A DNA stretch of 64,000 nt from Chloracidobacterium sp. (GTDB taxonomy: Bacteria > Acidobacteriota > Blastocatellia > Pyrinomonadales > Pyrinomonadaceae): contig JADJTD010000002.1 of NCBI GenBank assembly GCA_016711345.1, forward strand, positions 277 to 64,276, given 5' to 3'. Shown in pieces: positions 24,750 through 28,957 of this stretch (the stretch's first letter is position 1; each line of letters starts with the position of its first letter). A program made the translations under genes and the position numbers. The notes under the pieces were generated by a model, which had not been told where the DNA came from, searched no databases, and was given only the letters and a program-made list of their open reading frames with translations.

Positions 24750-24860
24750 TCAGTCGAACCATATCCACAGCAGGGCAGGGATGAACGTGATGTAGAACAA
24801 GAAGTCGTAGAGGTGCATCTCAACTGGGAGGTTGAGGATGAATTGTATTACCTCAGTCAT
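24750..24860 (-). CDS. small membrane protein (36 aa)
   Basis: My translation is MTEVIQFILNLPVEMHLYDFLFYITFIPALLWIWFD. It has a GAGGAGG RBS. Confidence 0.4.
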   Translation of the reverse strand: MTEVIQFILNLPVEMHLYDFLFYITFIPALLWIWFD

Positions 24861-24951
24861 GATGCCCTCCTCGATGTGATGCCCATAGGTGGGTCTAACA
24901 ATGAAAAATATCGCACCTGGGGATTAACCCAAGTGCGATATGTGTTGATTG

Positions 24952-25068
24952 TCAGCTATTGGCAATGAAGTTCACAACCCACTTAAGCATTGTGACAATG
25001 CCGACGATGGTCCACATGTAGTTGCTGAATTCAAAGAAGCGTTTACCAATGTTGTATAACGTGTTCAT
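24952..25068 (-). CDS. small membrane protein (38 aa)
   Basis: My translation is MNTLYNIGKRFFEFSNYMWTIVGIVTMLKWVVNFIANS. It is coupled (ATGA) to the upstream gene and has an AAGGTGGAGG RBS. Confidence 0.45.
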   Translation of the reverse strand: MNTLYNIGKRFFEFSNYMWTIVGIVTMLKWVVNFIANS

Positions 25069-25313
25069 GACCTCCACCTTTTTGGAAGCGTATGTGGGAT
25101 AACAACACCAGCAATGAGTGCTGCCACTGTTGCTGCGAAGCCACCTGCCATGCTACCACCGTGCAGTTTGAACACAATGATGAACACCGTGATTTCAATG
25201 ACTGCTGCGATGTAGCGTTTATGTGTGATCTTCCACCAGATGCTGAACAAGCCAAGGAAGATAACCACACCGTAGATGACAGGGCCTAAGTCCATGTGGC
25301 CTAAACCAAACAT
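25065..25313 (-). CDS. membrane protein (about 3 TM helices)
   Basis: 82-aa hydrophobic track ORF. Confidence 0.65.
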   Translation of the reverse strand: MFGLGHMDLGPVIYGVVIFLGLFSIWWKITHKRYIAAVIEITVFIIVFKLHGGSMAGGFAATVAALIAGVVIPHTLPKRWRS

Positions 25314-25326
25314 GATGATCTCCTTG

Positions 25327-25551
25327 TTAAGTTGGTTCAGTAACGGCTATCCAGTTGTTCGACGGTATGATGTTCTCTACGAGAATCGAACCATCTTCGA
25401 TGCCGTTGATGACACAATCGATGCAAATATCACGACCATGTGGATATTTTAACCTTGGCGATTCGTAGCCGAGGTCGTCTAGCCGAACTGATTTGTTACA
25501 GCAAGTGCAGTGTTCCCACTGGACGCCGTTAGAATCGATGATTCCGCTCAT
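25327..25551 (-). CDS. hypothetical Cys-rich small protein
   Basis: 74-aa track ORF with CTCC...CIDC and an AAGGAG RBS. Confidence 0.6.
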   Translation of the reverse strand: MSGIIDSNGVQWEHCTCCNKSVRLDDLGYESPRLKYPHGRDICIDCVINGIEDGSILVENIIPSNNWIAVTEPT

Positions 25552-25709
25552 GATGATCTCCTTGTAACTGAATGAGTGCCGGTTACGTTATCCGGCAATG
25601 CCGCGTTTGCATTCGAATAGTTGGGCGTACGGTCAGGCTCACGCTAAGCCCCAAGTCACACGACCGGTGTAATTGCTTTATCACTCGCTACACGTGCGAG
25701 TTGCATGTA

Positions 25710-25740
25710 GAACGTGGAGAGGTTATTAGTCTCCACGTTC
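25710..25740. other. perfect 11-bp-stem hairpin (GAACGTGGAGA / TCTCCACGTTC, 9-nt loop)
   Basis: It lies about 20 nt downstream of the stop of ORF 25758..26783. There is no U-tract on either strand. It may be a factor-dependent terminator, an RNA-processing site or a stabiliser. Confidence 0.5.
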
Positions 25741-25757
25741 CCCGTCATGCGGCGGTA

Positions 25758-26783
25758 CTACTCTGCGAGTGCAGCTTGTTTCTTCGCAGACTTCGTTGCC
25801 TTGGCTTTGGCGATAGCTGTTGCCATCTTCGTAGCATGTGCCTTGGCCTCCTGCTTCACAGCAGTTTCTTCAGCTTGGCGCTGAGCGACAGCCTGGGGCA
25901 CACGTACGCGAGTGGCAGTGGCTTTGGTCACAGGTGCTTCGACAGGCTCGGGCACTTCAGCATCAGCAGCAGCGAGTGCCGCTTCCACTTCAGCATCCGT
26001 CTTGTCGAATTCTGCATCGGCAGCCAGCAGTGTGTCTTCGATGCGTTTTTCTTCACCATCGAGTTTGGCCACGTCGATGCCCGTTTCAACCATGAGTTTT
26101 TCAATCTCGGGGAGATAACGGTTACACGCCTCGATGTGGCTGGCGATGAAGCTGCGATCACGCAGGGACTTGAGGTGAATACGCATTTCACGCAGCGGAC
26201 GCACCAGCTTTTCCAGCAGCGATTCGACGATGTAGCCGTACTCGTCGAAATCAACGAGTTGTGCGTCGTCACCGACAACGCCCGTGCTGAGTTCGCTGTC
26301 GGAAGAGTTGCACAGGAAGTACACCTCGTCGAGCAGTGCTTCGTTCTGCGCCTTCTGGGCAGTTGCCTGCTCCAGCTTGAGCGTTTGCAGCTCGGTACGG
26401 CGTTTCACGATTTGTTCCACGGACATGGGCTTGTTGCGCAGTTCCATGGCCACCTGGTCGCGTGTCAGCTTCTTGATGGCGTCGATATTGATCTCGGCGT
26501 CAATCTTGAGGCAGTTGCGGATCGCACCCATGCCAACTTCGTGGGATTCAGCCAGCTTGGCGAAATGGCGCAGGGATGCCAGAGCAACCTTGACCTGATC
26601 ACCTTTCTCGCTGTTGCGAATGTCTTCGTCCATACGAGCGAGGACAGCAGCGCGGTTGATGATGTTCCACTCAAACGGAGAGCTGAGCAGCCAGCCGATG
26701 TTGAGTTTGCGGAAGATCGGATCAGTCGAGAGCGACTGGGTTTTGCTGAAGATGTTGATGATGCTTTGTGCAGTGTGAGTCAT
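25758..26783 (-). CDS. hypothetical protein with Lys/Ala-rich C-terminal tail
   Basis: 341-aa track ORF with an AGGAG RBS. It is the first large gene after the noncoding island. The long plus-strand ORF antisense to it is judged spurious. Confidence 0.75.
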   Translation of the reverse strand: MTHTAQSIINIFSKTQSLSTDPIFRKLNIGWLLSSPFEWNIINRAAVLARMDEDIRNSEKGDQVKVALASLRHFAKLAESHEVGMGAIRNCLKIDAEINIDAIKKLTRDQVAMELRNKPMSVEQIVKRRTELQTLKLEQATAQKAQNEALLDEVYFLCNSSDSELSTGVVGDDAQLVDFDEYGYIVESLLEKLVRPLREMRIHLKSLRDRSFIASHIEACNRYLPEIEKLMVETGIDVAKLDGEEKRIEDTLLAADAEFDKTDAEVEAALAAADAEVPEPVEAPVTKATATRVRVPQAVAQRQAEETAVKQEAKAHATKMATAIAKAKATKSAKKQAALAE

Positions 26784-26809
26784 GATGTTACTCCTGTGTG
26801 ATTAAGTGA

Positions 26810-26829
26810 TGTAGTGAAGTTTCACTACA
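26810..26829 (-). promoter_or_regulatory. 5'-leader hairpin (TGTAGTGAA-GT-TTCACTACA)
   Basis: It lies between terminator t2 and the RBS of ORF 25758..26783. Confidence 0.4.
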
Positions 26830-26833
26830 CATG

Positions 26834-26865
26834 AAGAAAGGGGTGGGATTCGCCTCGCGAATCCC
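26834..26865 (-). terminator. intrinsic terminator t2 (GGGATTCGC-GAG-GCGAATCCC + ACCCCTTTCTTC)
   Basis: 9-bp stem and 3-nt loop, followed by a T-rich run on the minus strand. It is a paralogue of the hairpin at 27891..27911. Confidence 0.6.
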
Positions 26866-26924
26866 AAAATGACAAAGTTGTATGCGAATGTGCTGCGAAG
26901 TGCCCCAAAAAGCGTTCACAAAAA

Positions 26925-27227
26925 CCGGAACATTTTGGTTCCACGGGGGTGTTTTGAAAGTCACTTATGACGATGACAACTCCTGTCGTGAAACAATCCA
27001 TTTGTCATGTATGTTCCACGGCAGAAAATACCGGAACGGAACGGTGTTCGGAACGAATATTGGAACAGCTTGAAACCATTGGTACGACTGGTTTTATAGG
27101 GTATTTGTTCCAATGTTCTAAAATATTGAATATAACAAGTGGTAATGGTCACTATGCTGTTTTTGACCATGTGTATGTTCGATATTTAGACTAAAGTTGG
27201 CGAATTTCGGAACAAATTGTTCCACGG
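26925..27227. repeat. dense array of GGAAC/GTTCC and CCGTGGAACA sites around an AT-rich core
   Basis: GGAAC starts at 26927, 27033, 27038, 27050, 27062 and 27209. GTTCC starts at 26938, 27013, 27107 and 27219. TGTTCCACGG occurs at 27012 and 27218, and GGTTCCACGG at 26937. An inverted CGTGAAACA is at 26987. The AT-rich stretch spans about 27093..27150. Confidence 0.8.
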
Positions 27228-27270
27228 CTAATTAAGCAAACGCTTATATTCAGTGCTCTATGCCATGTGG

Positions 27271-27444
27271 TTAGTGCATTGGAATAAAATCAGCGTCAGA
27301 GGATTTCTTCGGATATGTGCGGTGCATACCCGATTTGCATTGCGCCTCGTACGCGTCGATTTCATCTTCCGCTTCCTCGTCGCGCAACATTTTTTCAAGC
27401 GGGTCGTCCATGAACGACGCTTGTTCAAAAAATTCATGAAGCAT
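27271..27444 (-). CDS. small acidic early protein (57 aa)
   Basis: Track ORF trimmed to ATG 27444 after AGGAGGAAACAC. Sequence: MLHEFFEQASFMDDPLEKMLRDEEAEDEIDAYEAQ... Confidence 0.55.
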   Translation of the reverse strand: MLHEFFEQASFMDDPLEKMLRDEEAEDEIDAYEAQCKSGMHRTYPKKSSDADFIPMH

Positions 27445-27523
27445 GTGTTTCCTCCTGTGTCGGAAAGGCCAAGCGCAGAGGCTAGGCCCGATGCCCATAG
27501 GCCGTTGTGCTCGGTTTCAACGG

Positions 27524-27541
27524 AGCGTGGGTTGCCCCACG
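27524..27541 (-). other. hairpin GCGTGGG-GCAA-CCCACGC after ORF 27555..27827
   Basis: 7-bp stem with a GNRA-type loop on the minus strand and a weak T-run. Confidence 0.3.
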
Positions 27542-27554
27542 CCCTGTTGATTTG

Positions 27555-27827
27555 TCACTGACCGATGCGTGCGCGGATTTCAGCAGCAGCACGAGCACGG
27601 AATTCTTCAGTGCGTGCAGCCGCATCGATTGCACCGACTTTCTTGCCGAGGTCGAAGATTTCGCCAGTGCCGCCGAGCGACTCGCTGACCTTACCGGCGC
27701 GATAGCTGGCGCGTTGCACAACGTTCTCGAACTTGTTGGCGACGACGGCTGCGAGCGACGGACGATTTTCTTCAACAGTCTTGGAAGCGAGGTAGGCTTC
27801 AACGTTGAACGAGTTGGCTTTGGCCAT
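27555..27827 (-). CDS. hypothetical early protein
   Basis: 90-aa track ORF with an AGGAGAAACATC RBS. Confidence 0.65.
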   Translation of the reverse strand: MAKANSFNVEAYLASKTVEENRPSLAAVVANKFENVVQRASYRAGKVSESLGGTGEIFDLGKKVGAIDAAARTEEFRARAAAEIRARIGQ

Positions 27828-27871
27828 GATGTTTCTCCTGAGTGATTAGCTGCGAGGACATTCTCGTCAGC

Positions 27872-27911
27872 TACAAAAACAGAAAGGGGTGGGATGCGCC
27901 TCGCGCATCCC
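27872..27911 (-). terminator. intrinsic terminator t1 (GGGATGCGC-GAG-GCGCATCCC + ACCCCTTTCTGTTTTTG)
   Basis: 9-bp stem and 3-nt loop with a good T-run. It starts 8 nt after the stop of ORF 27920..28099. Confidence 0.7.
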
Positions 27912-27919
27912 AAGTGTAA

Positions 27920-28099
27920 TTAGTTGCGACGACGTACGGTGACCACGAAGCGTGTGTGCGGGTAGTGCATGGTCTCCGTACGTACGGTTGAGTTGGGCCA
28001 AGTCTTCATGATGTCCTGAACATCCTTGGTACTTGGATAGTGGCCTGGGCGCATAACGAGCACAGGCATGCCGTGCAGTAGATCGAGCGGTAAGTTCAT
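27920..28099 (-). CDS. first early ORF (59 aa, Arg-rich C-terminus)
   Basis: AAGGAG lies 6 nt before ATG 28099. Sequence: MNLPLDLLHGMPVLVMRPGHYPSTKDVQDIMKTWPNSTVRTETMHYPHTRFVVTVRRRN. Confidence 0.55.
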   Translation of the reverse strand: MNLPLDLLHGMPVLVMRPGHYPSTKDVQDIMKTWPNSTVRTETMHYPHTRFVVTVRRRN

Positions 28100-28294
28100 G
28101 ATCATCTCCTTGTGATTGACACAAGCGATGGTGTTGCGATGCGCCTCGCGCAGCGCCTCGCGTACGAAGTACGCGGATCGTTCGTCACTACGAAACAAGG
28201 GACTCCTACCTTTCCCGAAATCCGAATCCGAAGTGGGGTGGTCACTTTGGCGAGGTGGGGGAGGGATGTACACCAAGTAAATCCTTTCGTTTTT

Positions 28295-28325
28295 GCGAAA
28301 TCACTCTTATGCCAAGTGATTTCGC
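28295..28325. promoter_or_regulatory. 11-bp perfect inverted repeat (GCGAAATCACT-N9-AGTGATTTCGC) in the divergent control region
   Basis: Read directly from the sequence. It is flanked by direct repeats TTTTTGCGAAAT and TTTTTGCAAAAT. Confidence 0.6.
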
Positions 28326-28384
28326 TATATTTTTGCAAAATTTCGTTTTCAGAATATGACAAACAAATCCGAAGCAACCCCGCC

Positions 28385-28413
28385 CTATCATTTCTACGGA
28401 ACTCGCATATAAT
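28385..28413 (+). promoter_or_regulatory. candidate rightward promoter (perfect TATAAT, weak -35 CTATCA)
   Basis: TATAAT at 28408..28413, 35 nt before the terS ATG. A CGGAAC site lies in the spacer. Confidence 0.35.
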
Positions 28414-28447
28414 ATTTTTAGATTCTTTCAGAGAGTATGCAAACATC

Positions 28448-28957
28448 ATGGGCAAAATATCCAGAGATGCCGTCGTAACGAAGAAGGCGCGAGAAAAATC
28501 CATCTGCACCAAGCAGGAGGAGATAAAAGCCAAGCATGCGGCTGTCGTACAGGCAAAGATGGAAGGCGCATCGGACACTGACGCCATGCGTGCTGCCGGT
28601 TATCACCCATCAAACGCGCTAAACGTCATGCGTGATGAGGATGTACAGACTGCACTGGCTGAAGCACGAAGCCAGATGAGTGATATTTCGACGATCAAGC
28701 GCATCGATGTGATGAATATCTTCATGGAAGCCATCGAAATGGCGAGAACTCTTGCTGATCCGGCCAACATGATCAACGGTGCAGACAAAATCGCGAAAGT
28801 CATGGGGTATTACGCTCCGGAGACGAAGCGCATCGAGCTGACGACGGATCAAAACGTCTTCGCATCGAAACTACGGCAGCTTACCGACCAGGAGTTGATG
28901 GATTTGGCTGAAGGTCGCCTGAAAACGATCGATGGCGAGTCGGAAAGACTGCAATGA
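28448..28957 (+). CDS. terS: terminase small subunit
   Basis: Track ORF 28112..28957, trimmed to ATG 28448. The upstream part of the track ORF is antisense to the early gene. The segment ...DAMRAAGYHPSNALNVMRDEDVQTAL... fits a Terminase_2-like HTH. It is coupled (ATGA) to terL. Confidence 0.75.
   Translation: MGKISRDAVVTKKAREKSICTKQEEIKAKHAAVVQAKMEGASDTDAMRAAGYHPSNALNVMRDEDVQTALAEARSQMSDISTIKRIDVMNIFMEAIEMARTLADPANMINGADKIAKVMGYYAPETKRIELTTDQNVFASKLRQLTDQELMDLAEGRLKTIDGESERLQ

Noticed and set aside
25572-26801. 409-aa plus-strand ORF
   Set aside because: It is the antisense shadow of the protein-like 341-aa minus-strand gene 25758..26783. It is rich in Cys, Arg, Phe and His, has no RBS, and runs against the transcription direction of the arm.
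26961-27170. 69-aa minus-strand ORF inside the noncoding island (also 26882..27073 and 26967..27194 on the plus strand)
   Set aside because: It has no RBS. Its odd Phe/Arg/Thr composition is produced by the GGAAC repeats themselves. The repeats are better explained as DNA sites.
26925-27227. ECF-sigma promoters (GGAAC -35 plus TCTGA -10)
   Set aside because: The GGAAC sites and the TCTGAT motifs never occur together at 16-17 nt spacing. The CTCTGATA sites have TTGnnn, not GGAAC, upstream.
26845-27911. Reading the 3-nt-loop hairpins as N4-type virion-RNAP hairpin promoters
   Set aside because: For leftward genes the template-strand loop would be CTC, with a pyrimidine at the centre. The hairpins are followed by T-runs in the sense strand and sit right after a stop codon. 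A terminator is the simpler reading.
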